A DNA stretch of 64,000 nucleotides from Rhizaria sp. SCN 62-66 (lineage: Eukaryota), in assembly GCA_001724265.1 (NCBI GenBank), contig MEDY01000188.1, positions 1 through 64,000 on the forward strand, written 5' to 3'. The position numbers and the translations under genes were made by a program. The notes beneath the pieces were generated by a model that was not told where the DNA came from, did no database searches, and saw only the letters and a program-made list of their open reading frames with translations. Every line of letters starts with the position of its first letter. The stretch's first letter is position 1. Positions 1-11,200 of the stretch are shown here, piece after piece.

Positions 1-219
1 AGGAAAAGGTGGTTGAGGCTATCGAAATCGATGGGTTGATGAGGGGTTTTTTGAGTTGTAAAAAAGTGTCTTAGAACCCGGGAATTATATTACTGACTAT
101 TTATTTTCCCTGTTCACATTGCGCGTGATTTGTTGCGGTTTCCAGCGCTTGCTGAGTTTCGTCATCGAACAGCATTCGATGCCCCATGCCGATCTGTCGA
201 GAACCGAGTTTTCCAGCTC

Positions 220-1602
220 ATGTTCCCCCGCATTCTCCGTAACAGGCTGGCCCTGACTTCGCACAACCACCTATACAAACTCACTCAGCTCTGTTATCCC
301 AATCGCGTTTCATCCTCTGCGCCTACGCCCCGCGACATCGCCACTGCTGTACCCGGCCTTTGCCTGCCGACCCCTCATCGCCGGCTGCTGTCCACAACAA
401 CATTCCGCGTTGCAACAACAACTACTGCCGACACCTACGTCTCCGCCACAGCTATCTTACCGATGTCTAGCGTGCCCACCGCGCTCGCACCGTCCGTCTC
501 CGCCTCCGGCACAGGCCCCACCGTGACCGTGTTCCCCCACGCCGCCACTGCGACATCCGTCTGCGTCGCATCCTGGCCCGACAACAAGTCCTGCATCATC
601 ATCGACCCCTGCGTGGACTTCGAGCCCGCCACGGGTACGTACTCCTTTGCGCACGCTGACGGGATTATTGCCTACATTCGCGAGCAGGGCCTCGTCCCGC
701 GATACGTGCTCGACACCCACATCCACGCCGACCATCTCTCGGCTGCGCACTACATCCGCGCGCGCTTCCACGAGGCCGCCTCCGAGTCTTCCGCGGCGGC
801 GGGCGCGGTGGACTCGCACGCCGTGCTGTTAGCGCGCTACGGCACCGAGGGCATCCACCGTGACACGTCGTTCGAGCGCGGGCCGCGCGCGGGCACGGGT
901 GCTCACTTCCCCGAGGTGCAGGAGACGCTGGCTGCCGTGCTCACGGTCCCTGACGTGACGCCTGACGGCCGCGGCTACGACACACTCGTCTCGGACGGCG
1001 ACGTGCTCACCATCCCCGGCACGACCACCGCCGAGCCTGCCAAGTCGATCAAGGTGATGCACACGCCCGGTCACACGCCTAGTTGCGTGACCTACGTCGT
1101 CGATGACGCCGCGTTCGTCGGCGACACCATCTTTGCGCCCGACGTCGGCACCGCGCGCTGCGACTTCCCCAAAGGCTCCGCACACGCGCTATGGACGTCT
1201 CTGCGCGCCATCCTCGCGTTGCCCGCGGGCACGCGCCTGTTCAGTGGCCACGACTACCCCCCCGCGCCGTCGACCGCCGCCGTCGCCGCTGCCGAGGCCG
1301 CCGGCGAGGCCAAGCCCGTGGCGCGCGCGTTCCAGGCGTGCTGGACGGTGGCCGAGCAGCGCGCGCGCAACGTGCACGTCAAGGACGGCGTGACCGAGGA
1401 CGATTACGTGTCTATGCGCAAGGCCCGCGACGCCACGCTTGCTGCGCCTAAGCTGCTGAAGCCCAGCATCCGCTGGAACATCCGCGGCGGCGCGCCCGGC
1501 GCCGACGCGGCCGACTCCGCCGCGAGCACCGAGGGCAAGGAGGAGGAGATTGCTAAGGGCGCATTCTTTAAACAGGCCGCGAGCAGCAAGGCTGCGCTTT
1601 AA
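220..1602 (+). CDS. Metallo-beta-lactamase-fold persulfide dioxygenase (ETHE1/SdoA/Blh-like), probable mitochondrial presequence
   Basis: Intronless ORF (open from 130, first ATG at 220) ending TAA 1600-1602. Motifs DTHIHADHLS, HTPGHTP, FVGDTIFAPDVGTARCDFP, GHDYPP and RKARDATL are typical of persulfide dioxygenases. The N-terminus is Arg/Ser/Thr/Leu-rich and acid-poor. Confidence 0.85.
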   Translation: MFPRILRNRLALTSHNHLYKLTQLCYPNRVSSSAPTPRDIATAVPGLCLPTPHRRLLSTTTFRVATTTTADTYVSATAILPMSSVPTALAPSVSASGTGPTVTVFPHAATATSVCVASWPDNKSCIIIDPCVDFEPATGTYSFAHADGIIAYIREQGLVPRYVLDTHIHADHLSAAHYIRARFHEAASESSAAAGAVDSHAVLLARYGTEGIHRDTSFERGPRAGTGAHFPEVQETLAAVLTVPDVTPDGRGYDTLVSDGDVLTIPGTTTAEPAKSIKVMHTPGHTPSCVTYVVDDAAFVGDTIFAPDVGTARCDFPKGSAHALWTSLRAILALPAGTRLFSGHDYPPAPSTAAVAAAEAAGEAKPVARAFQACWTVAEQRARNVHVKDGVTEDDYVSMRKARDATLAAPKLLKPSIRWNIRGGAPGADAADSAASTEGKEEEIAKGAFFKQAASSKAAL

Positions 1603-2258
1603 GTTTGAAAGGTGGCCTCAGCTTTTGTTCGTTTGTACTTTTGGTCATGACGCCCGAGAGACGCTTTGTGGGTTGATATGAGGCGGTCATGAATGTATAT
1701 ATTTAAAATGTGAAATAATATGTTCTTTTAAGTGAATAAACAAAACTATTGTCGTGAAACCCTGCGCTGTATTGAGATAACCATCGTGAATTGATTCTCG
1801 CCACACACAGTTTTTTGGATTTGCGACAAAATGACCCACAGTCAATCGGTTGTGAGGCGCCAAGCCGGGTAGTTATTCCTCACGATCAAGTGTCAATGTT
1901 TTCGTCATGGCAAGTGAGTTTTGAATCTATCATAATATGCGAACTTCTAATTTGTATCTATTTATGTCAGGTAACCTTTGCTGAAGTGATCGATTGGTGC
2001 GCAGTGGCTGTCTTTGTCTTTCGAGTTGATGTGATGCGGCCATCGATCCATGTTTATCAGACAATCCGGTTCCTGACTCTGATACTCACTTTTTCCTGCA
2101 CGATTTCCTTGATTTGCGTTTGAAAGAACCCGCCCTTTATTGGATCTTATTCGCACCCGGAAAAGCTCCAGTGTTCCCTCGACTTTCTCCATTTTCTTTT
2201 GATAAGTCAGTCCTGGACACTCGCGCATCTTAACTGCCCGAGCGTTTTCAGAGACGCA

Positions 2259-5200
2259 ATGTCTGCCCCTAACCACGGCTCCGCGAAGGGGACCCCGAAG
2301 TTGGCACCTTCTAAGAGTTCCGCTGGACCGTCTGGTCTGAACTTCACTGACCTCGTTAACAACGGCGCCGCAGCCGAGTACGTATCGGGCGACAGTAATT
2401 TCAGGCCCGACTCTCGTGAGTTTGTGCCGTCAGGGGGCTTAGGCGGGGGCGCGGCTCAGTTCTCGCCGCCATCCAACCCCCAGCATCACGGTCCTGGCCC
2501 GCAAATGGTGCACTACGGCGGCCCTCCGCACGGAGCCCCGCAGGGCGACCAACGGAGGTCCCCGCCGTGTGCTCCGCAGCAAGCGTATCCGCCGCTACAG
2601 CCGTACTATCCGCCGAATCAGTACTACAACACGCCGATGTTCTTTGACCCGCAGACCTGCATTGTGCCCCCTGTGCCGCCTAGTATGCTGCCACACGCAA
2701 CTCAGCGGTACCAGATGCAAATGCAGGCCCAGCAAATGCATGCCCAACCGATGATGATGCCTGTGCAAATGCATCAGCCGGGCGGTTTCTTGCCGCACAT
2801 GCAGGGCCATGCGCCCGTTTACTACAACTGCAGCTACGGTCCGGGCCCGGGTCCCGGTTCCAACGGCTTTGTCCACGGCGACGGCCACGGCCACAGCCAC
2901 GGACACGGACACGGACACGGACACGGACGCGGCCACGGCCACGGAGGCCACGGATACAGACAACACCTAGGCAACCGCGACTCCCGCGCCCCCAAATACA
3001 GCGGTTCCGGCATCCATGGCCACCCGCCGGGCGCGAGCCTCGACTCGAGCCCGAACGCTAATTTCCGCCCCGGCGGCCCCGGCAAGGACTCGGCCCAGTC
3101 CCAGTTGCAGTCGCTCGCTGATCAGGGCCAGGGCAAGTCCACCGACAGCGCACTCGCCGCGGGTGCGCATGCGGTTCTCGAGCTGGGGAAGAAGCTCACC
3201 AACGTTAACCCAACTCTGACGCCGCCTTTCGAGTCGGCGCAGATCAACGTCGACCCCTCCGAGGGCAAGAGGGCGAGCAAGAAAGGCACGCCTCACGCGG
3301 AGTTCCCCAACAACAACAGCGGCAACGGCGACGGTAGTCATGCTCCGAGCTTCAACAGCCACGCCAAGGCCATCGGGTACAGTGACTCGCCCGTGCAGCC
3401 GCTCGCCGGCCCGGCCGTCGCGACAGCCCCAGTCGGCATGGCTACCTCGGCCGTCACTGCTGACGGACGCAAGGCCTACACCACGCCCCCGAGTCTCGAC
3501 GCGAGCTCCAGAGCCGCCACCGGCAAGGGCAAGTACGGCGACAAGCACAGCGGCAAGTTCGGTGCGGACGGCAACAACGGCACTTACGACAACGGCAAGA
3601 AACACGGCGCACGCGCGCGGCTGACGACGCCCGCGCTGCAGCCACTCGGCCGCACGCCTCCCCGCACGCCACCGCGCACGCCACCGCGCACGCCACCCGC
3701 GGGTCCCGCGCAGGCCGGCGCTGTCCCCGCGCCCCTGCCCCAACAGCAGCAGCAGCAGCAGCAGCAGCAACACCAGCCTTATCAGAAGGGTAAGAAGCAT
3801 TCTGTGTCGGGCCCGTCCGGCGGCATGACGTTCAACGACGCCATCGCCGCTGCGGGCTACGGCCCCGGCGCCGCCGCCGTTGCCGCCGCCACCGCTGGCA
3901 AGAATGCCGGACACTCTCCGCCGCTCGGGAGCAAGCAACATGGTCAACAGCAACAGAGTCAACAACAACAACAACAACAGCAACAACAGCAGCAGGTCAA
4001 TAAGGGCAAGGGCGGTGAGCCCGCCACCACCTCGGCGACTGGTAGGGTCATCCCGGTGCTGCCTGCGCGCGTGACGCGGCCTGACTTAACGCCCGCACCG
4101 CTCACGGTGTCTTCGACCGGCAACGCCAGCAATTCCGCGCTGAACTTCGCCGCGGACACCAGCATCGGCAGTAAGCACGGCGGCAAGAAGCCCACCGCTG
4201 CCGCGCCTGCTACCGCGTCCGCCTCCACGATCACGCCTGTCCCCGAGGCCACGCCGGCGTCTGAGCCTGCGTTCGTGATTAAGGAGGCTGTGTTTGACTC
4301 GGCCGTGACCCCCGCGGCGGGCGGCGACGGCGACGAGGCGCCGACGCGCACGCTGGCCGAGATTGAGGCCGCCAAGGCGGAGCGCGCGCAGAAGAAGAAG
4401 ATGCTGCTGCAGCAGCAGAAGCAAGAGGAGTACTTGCGCCGTGTGCAGGCTGAGAAAGAGGCTGCCGAGGCCAAGGCGGAGGAGGAGGCCGCCGCCACGG
4501 CTTCCGCGGCCGCTGCTGCTGCGAAGGATTCCCGCGTGACCGACGAGGACGCCGACTCTGCCGTCAGCGCTGCGACGAACTCGTTTGGCATCGAGACCGG
4601 CGCCTCTAAAACTGCCGCTGGGACGGATAAGGGGGCAGACAAGTCGAAGGACGCTACGGGCGCCGACGCCGACGCTGCTGCGGCCAACAAGGACGACGCT
4701 TCCACCCCTGTCCCGGCCCCTGTGGCTGCAGCCAGTTCTAGCGCTGGCGCTGGCGTTGGCGTTGGCGTTGGCGGCAAGAAGGGCAAGGGCAAGAAGAAGG
4801 GCGGCGCTGACGACGACGATGACCTGAGCGACCTCCTGGGCGTCGGCATCGGCGCCAAGGCGGGCGCGGCGGGCGCAGCTGGCTCCGCTGCCTCGGCCCT
4901 CTCGACCGCGGGCGGCAAGGCTCTCCCGACGACGGCCGTGACGGTGACGGTTGCGCAGTCTGAGGCCGAGCTGGAGCTCGTCGCGGGTCTGCTTAATGTC
5001 AGCGCGAGCTACACGCCGGACGCCCTGCTGATGACCGAGAGCAGCGACTACTCGAGCGTGCAGAACGTCGTCGTGACGGTGTCGCCGGTGGCCGCGGTTC
5101 TGGTCGACGAGCTGATGACGCGCGACGACCGCGAGGCTGAGCGCGCCAAAGAGCTCGCCGCGCAGCGCAGCAACGAACGCAAACTCAAGGAGGAGGCCAG

Positions 5201-8200
5201 GATGCGCGCCAAGGCCGACGCAGAAGCCGCCGCCGCCGCTGCCGCCGCCGCGGAGGCAGCTGCCGATGCAGAAGCCAGGGCCAAGGCCGCCGCTGCCGCC
5301 GCGGCTGCCGCTGAGACGCGGTCCGCGCTGGAGTCGCTGTCGAACCCTCCGAGCGAGGAGACGTACGATGTTCTTGCTATTAGCAAGAACAAGCCTCCGG
5401 CGCAGCCTCAGAAGCAACAGCAACAGCAGCAGCAGAGTGCTAAAGTGATGACGGAGTCCAAGACCAAGCATACCACCGACTCCTATGCTAAGAGCTCCTC
5501 TTCCGCCGCCGCCGCCGCTGCAGTTTCGACTGCAACTGCGACTTCTACGCCGCTGCCCGAGGCTAAGACGGCCCGTGCGCCGACCGCGGCGGACCTGGCT
5601 GCCGCCAAGGCGGCTGAGGCGGCGCACGCGCGACACAGCCTGGAGCAGCAGCGCGAGTTTGAACGGTTGAGCCAGGAGCACCAGCGCAAGCGGGCGGCGG
5701 CGCTTGTGAGCGAGCGCGAGGCCGCCGCTGCGTACGCGAGGGAGCAGCGTCACCAGCAGCAGAATCGCGAGGAGCGGGAGAAGCAGCAGCTGCTGCGCGA
5801 TGCGCAGAGTGTGCAGGCGCAGATGCGGCACCACGAAGAGCGCGCCGCCGCCGAGCGCGCGCGCGTGGCCGAACAGGCGGCCGCCGACAGCGCCGCAATC
5901 GCCAACCTGTTGTTGCCGGTCTTCCCGGTCCGCGAACCGCTGGTGGTGACGTCGTTGGCGCAGCTGCGCGCGCCGCAGCCCGCCGACTCGCCGTTCGCGG
6001 CTGCAGGCGTGCTCACGGCCGCGGGCGGGTACGTGGACCACGAACGCGTGCTCTGCCGCGTGCCGCTGCAGGTGCCCATTGCGCCTGCGCAGCTGCGCAC
6101 GCAGGAGGGCCAGTTCCTGCTGCAGCAGCTTGCCATCGTCATGGAGCGTCTGGCGCACGCGCAAAAGTGCCACAACGACTTCCTGCTGGCGACGGCGAAG
6201 CAGGCACACGCCGAGACCGAGCTCGAGCTCGCCAAAGCGGCGCTTAACGGACAGCTTAGCGAGAAGGAGGTCGAGCTCTACTCGACCTGCCACGACCCCA
6301 AGAAGATCGGTGAGATGGCCGCGTACGTTACAAACACCAATCTCAAGCGAACGAAACGCACCTTTTTTGTAATTTTGAACTCGTAGAACTCGTTTATTTT
6401 GTTTATGTCTTCATTTTATCTTCTCATAATTTTGCGGATTTATTTTTATACTGTTTTCTTTCTTGCTTTGCTCCACCACTCCTTCGCCGCAGTGCTGCCG
6501 AGGTTGCCCTGAACGAGCGCCGCGCGGCCCGCGGCGCCTCGGGCACCGCGAACGACGACATTGACCTTAAGGCCGAGATCGAGGCGTTCCAGATCACCTC
6601 GATGCTCAACGCGGCGACGAACCGCGTCACGCCCGCGGAGCTGTGGGATCAGTCGAACCTGGCGCTCTCCTCGGCCAACGCGAGCTGCGCGTCCCTGCGG
6701 CACGAAAAGGCCTCGGCCGCGGCCGCCGTGTCGGAGGTCATGACCGGCTTCAACCAGATGCTAGCGACGCGCCTGCACCCCAACTTCCTGTTCGCCAGCG
6801 AGGACATCTTCCGCGACTGCCAACTCCTGCTGGCGTGGTTTTCGACCGTGACAATCGCGCTGCGCGGCTACGTCCCGCTGGACAACACCGTCATCGACAA
6901 CATCGCGCTGGGTCTGACCTGGGGCCTCCAGGGCGGTAACGGCTTCATCGTGTCCTATACCAGCCAAGTCAGTCTCAACAGCGTATCTCAGACCGGGCTC
7001 GACGTCGTTGAGTCGTGGTTCCGCGCCAAGAACTCGGCCTGGGCGCTCAGCGACGGCGGCATCGACTTCATCAACGCGCGTTTGCTCACACTCAAGGTCG
7101 TGGACCACGCGCCCCCGCTGCTGGCGCTGCTCTATACGATCGACGCTAAGGCCGTGGCCGCGATGCCCGCTGAGTCGGTCGCAGCCGTGTGCGAGGCCGT
7201 CCACTCGCTCATCTCGGTCACGCTCCCGGCATGCGGCGTCTCGCTGGGCAGCCTCCGCGGAGCGCTCGTCGCCGCGCAGCTCGTCGCGCCGGAGGGCGCA
7301 CCGCTGTTGACCGAGCCCGACCTCGCGTTCCCCGCCGCGTCCCCGTCCGCCGCCGCCGCCGGGGCCGCGGCCGGCGCGGGCTCGCTGACGGCCGCCGACC
7401 GGCTCCGCGGGCTCACCGCGCCATCGGCGGCGCAGGCCGCGTTTGCGGTCACTGGCTGCAACTGGGCGCGCCGCGTCGCGATGGTGGCTGCAACGGTGAG
7501 CGCGTACGTGCTTTAGCTGCGCGAGGGCGCGATCCGCCTACTCGTGCCGCGCGCCTACGCCGCGCTGCTGCGCGGGCTATGTTGTAGCAAGGTGATCAAG
7601 GTCCAGTTGGCCGCTCTGGACCACTTCGCCGAGGTGATGCCGGTGCACACCGCCGCCGCCGCCGCGGGCGCGGTCGCGGGCGCGCTGACGATGTCCGAGG
7701 CCGCGATCAAAGCGCGCGCGGTGCCGCTCTCGGTCGAAGACGTCGACCTATGCCTCTTCGGAGAGTCGGCGTGCCCGCAGTCACTGACGGCGCTCTACGG
7801 GGCCCACGCGACCGGTCTGCGCCCCGCGGCGGGCGCGCCCCCCGCGCTGCTGCTGAAGCTGCTGGGCGCGACGGTGCATAGCAACGCGCTCGAGGCCGCG
7901 CAGCCTTTGCTCACGTTCGCCGCCGCGCGCACGCACTACTGGAGGCTGCCCCCGGTCTACATCTCCAACACGATGAATGCGCATCACACGATCGATCACT
8001 CCGCTCACACCGACGTGGCGGCGACCCGCGTCTCGGACGCGTCCGCGATCCCCGTGTCGGCCAACCTCGTCTGCGCGCGCGGGGCCGTCTGGCAAGAGGT
8101 GCTCGAGGCGCTGGTAGGCACCTGGCTCTGCTCTCCGGAGCCCAACTCGGTTAAGGTCGCGCTTGCCACCGTGCGCGCGCTGCTCGCCGCCGACCCGGCG

Positions 8201-11200
8201 GGCCCCGCGGTTCAGTCGTGGCTCCTGCTCCACGGTCCCGTCCCGCCCATGTGCTTCGCCGACGCGCTCGCCCACGCTGTGGAGCAGGCGCGCATCAGAG
8301 GCCTCTTCACCACGGTTTCGGCCGTCGCCGCCGTCGGCACTGCGGGCCGCGAGGTCTTCACGCGTCAGATGATGCGGCCGGCGACGGAGTTTTTTCACAC
8401 GTTGCTCAACTTCGTCATTAAGGTCGACTCAACCGGGTCGCAACGTACTGAGATGGCGGCTGTGGTGACTGCGACACTGAGACGCAACCGCAGCGCGATG
8501 GAGGCCTACGCGCAGGCCGTGAGCGAGATGGTGCTTCTGCTCGCCCAACCCGCGGCGATGCTCCCTTCCCCGCAGCGCGGTAAGATCCTGATCGACGCCG
8601 CACTCGAGAGCTTCGTGGCGCATTTCCAAGTCCGGACCCAGGCGCTCGGCGAGGGCTCCCGCCGCACGCGCGCGTTCGCGACGGTCATGCTCGAGGTTCT
8701 CTCGCCGGCGGGCTACATGCGCGAAAACCGCAGCTACGCTGACCGGGTCAAGGGCTGGGCTGTGAAGCTCCCCAACTGCATGCGCAGCCTCGCTGCGCTC
8801 TACGTGCGCCATGCGCGCGAGGCGCTTGAGCCGACCCCGCTCGGCTCTGCCGACACCGCCGCCGCGGCTGGCGGCAAGGGCGGCGCTCGCGGCAACAAGT
8901 CCGGCGGCGCCGCGGTGGCGCCCGCGCCCTCGGTCGACAGGGTGCTGTCGCAGGACACGGTACTGACTCTGCGCGAGCTGCTGCGCTTGGCCTCACTGCC
9001 CGTCTTCACGGCTGCTGTCGACGCCCACCACGCCGCCGCCCTTGAGCTGGCCAAGGAGACGAAGCTGCTCGTGCAGGCGATCTTCGCGGTGCCTGCCCAC
9101 AGGGGCGGTGGCGGCAACAGTAGCGGCAGCGTGTCTGCGCCCGCGCTCGCCGCCGCGTTTGACATTGCATCCGCCGTCACGGACCACTTCGCGCGGCTGT
9201 GCGTCGTGGCAGCCGCCATGACCCCCGCGTCGGACCGCATCCCGGCCGGCGCGGTGTGGCCGCTCACTGCCCTCCACGCGCCGCTGCCGCACGAGATGAT
9301 CTCGGCCAAAACGGAGCTGGGCGCCGCGCTCTCCGCCGTCGTCGCCACTTGCGCCGCCTCTAGGGGCACCGCCGCCGCCGGTGCCGCTGGCCACGCTGGC
9401 GGCGACCGCGCCGGGACCGCGGCCGCCGAGGGCCTGGACCGCGCGCTATGGCACCTGGCCACCGCGCTGCACTTCGCGCCCGCGATCGTGGGCGCCAACA
9501 CCACCGCGGGCCCTGCCGCGGCAATGGCGGGCGGCCCAAACGTGTTGGTGAGCCGCACCGCCGCCTACGGACTCATGTTCGCGCGCTACGATGCGCCGCT
9601 GTGGCCCTTTGCCGACGTGTCGCTCCCGACCGCGGCGACGGCCGCCACGCCCCCGGCGCGAGGCGGCAGCATGGCCTCGATGTACAAGGCGGCCGTTACG
9701 TCCGACTCCGCGCGCGGCGCCGCTGGTGTTGCGAAGCATGGCAGCGCTTCTGCTGCCGCCGCCGCGGATGCGGATGCGGATGCCGCGGGTCTGGCGGCCT
9801 CTGGCGGCAGCAACGCGGTCGAGAGCGAGCTCCTGACCGCGCAGACCGAGCTGCTGTCCAAGCTCACCGGCGCTGCCTTCGCGCTGCTCTCCTCCGTGAC
9901 GAACCTGCTCACGGTGCCGATCCACATCCAGTCGCGCGCCGTCTCGGTCGCCGGTCTGGCGCTGCTGTCGGCGCTCACGCTGCGGCTACAGGGCTCGCAG
10001 GCCACGGACGCCGTCATCGCGCTTGTCGCGCAGGCGCGCGAGGCGTGGGCCCAATACAACGGACTCGAGTCCGCGGCGGGCGCTGCCTTCGCCACTCTGG
10101 GCCTCGTATCGCGCCGCTGGGTCTCGTTGTGCACGCGCATCGCAGTCACTGACAGCGCAGACGGCTCGCGCAACAATCGCCCCGGCGGCAGCTCCACTGC
10201 GGCGGCGTCAACATCGTCGTCGTCGCCGGCTGCCGCTTCTGCCGCCGCAGTCGCCGTGCGCAGCGGCACGGCGGCCGACGCTGCCGCGAGCGAAGTCATG
10301 GCCGAGGTCGTGGTGTCATGCTCGTTCTTCACCGCGTCCGGCGCCGCCGAGTCGCGCACGGTGACCTACTCCGTGCCCTCCGCGGCGACGACCGTGGGCA
10401 CAGTGCGCCGCCGCCTCGCGGCCACGCTTTTGACGCCGCTATCCTAGCTCACAGTCACCGCGCCCACGAGCGACGCAGCCGTGCCCGACGCCACGCTGCT
10501 GCGCGCCGTGGTGGGCGCGTTGCCGGTCCGCGTAGCGCTGCGCTGCAGTGTGCCCGCGCCCGCGCAGTCGCTCGTGGACCACGTGCTGCGCCGCATCGCG
10601 GCCCAGGACCCGTCGAGCAAGGCCAACTCCGGCAACGGCGCGCGCAGCAACGCTGCGGACGACGGGTTCGAGTACCTCACGCAGCTCAACAACAACAGCG
10701 CGAGCGCGACGGCGCGTGGCAGCACGCCGAGCACCGTCAAGGTGGGCTCGGGCAACAGCGTGCAGATCCCGCGCTCGCTGCCGTCCTCGGTCTCGGTCCG
10801 CGGGCTCGCGCGCTTCGTCTTGTCACAGGACTCCGAGGTCTTCCTCTCGCTGTTTGGGCTGCAAGACGTGCAGCGGTCCGCGCCCAAGCTCGTCGTCGAC
10901 TCGTGGCGGCTCGTCTCGTCGCTCCCGCTGCATCGGACGCTCGTCACGCGCACCATTGCGCTGTCGGAGCGCTGGGCCAGCCACTTCGATCCCTGCTCTG
11001 CGCCGCAGCTCTGCTACCAGGTCCGCATTGCGCGCGCGCTGTTCGAGCGCGCGCGCCCGGCGTCTGCGGCCCTGGGCGGTGGAAAGCTCCCCGCGCTCGA
11101 GTCCGACGCCGTGCGCCGCGGCAAGGAGGATTGGCGCCGCCGGTTCCTCATCCGCGGCTTCTACGCGCACCTCTACGCCAGCATCTTCGTCTCGGGCCTG

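Noticed and set aside
2875-3990. CACGGA/CACGGC, CGCACGCC and CAG/CAA arrays as CRISPR or satellite DNA
   Set aside because: They are coding microsatellites (HG, RTPP, poly-Gln) with no spacers.
4086-6293. Long antisense or alternate-frame ORFs (also 15023-16585, 16838-18397, 41633-42880, 56293-57768, 60850-62025)
   Set aside because: Shadow ORFs expected in GC-rich coding DNA. They overlap well-supported genes and show no recognisable motifs.
7496-7516. TAG as the 3' splice site of a tiny in-frame intron (GTGAG...TTTAG 21 nt; also GTGCGC...CCTAG 10403-10447, 45 nt)
   Set aside because: Formally possible at these two sites. However, mapped introns here are longer, AT/pyrimidine-rich and mostly start GTACG, and the other TAG sites lack a good in-frame donor. 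All would have to be 3n, GC-rich and otherwise stop-free. Disfavoured, but only RNA-seq can exclude it.
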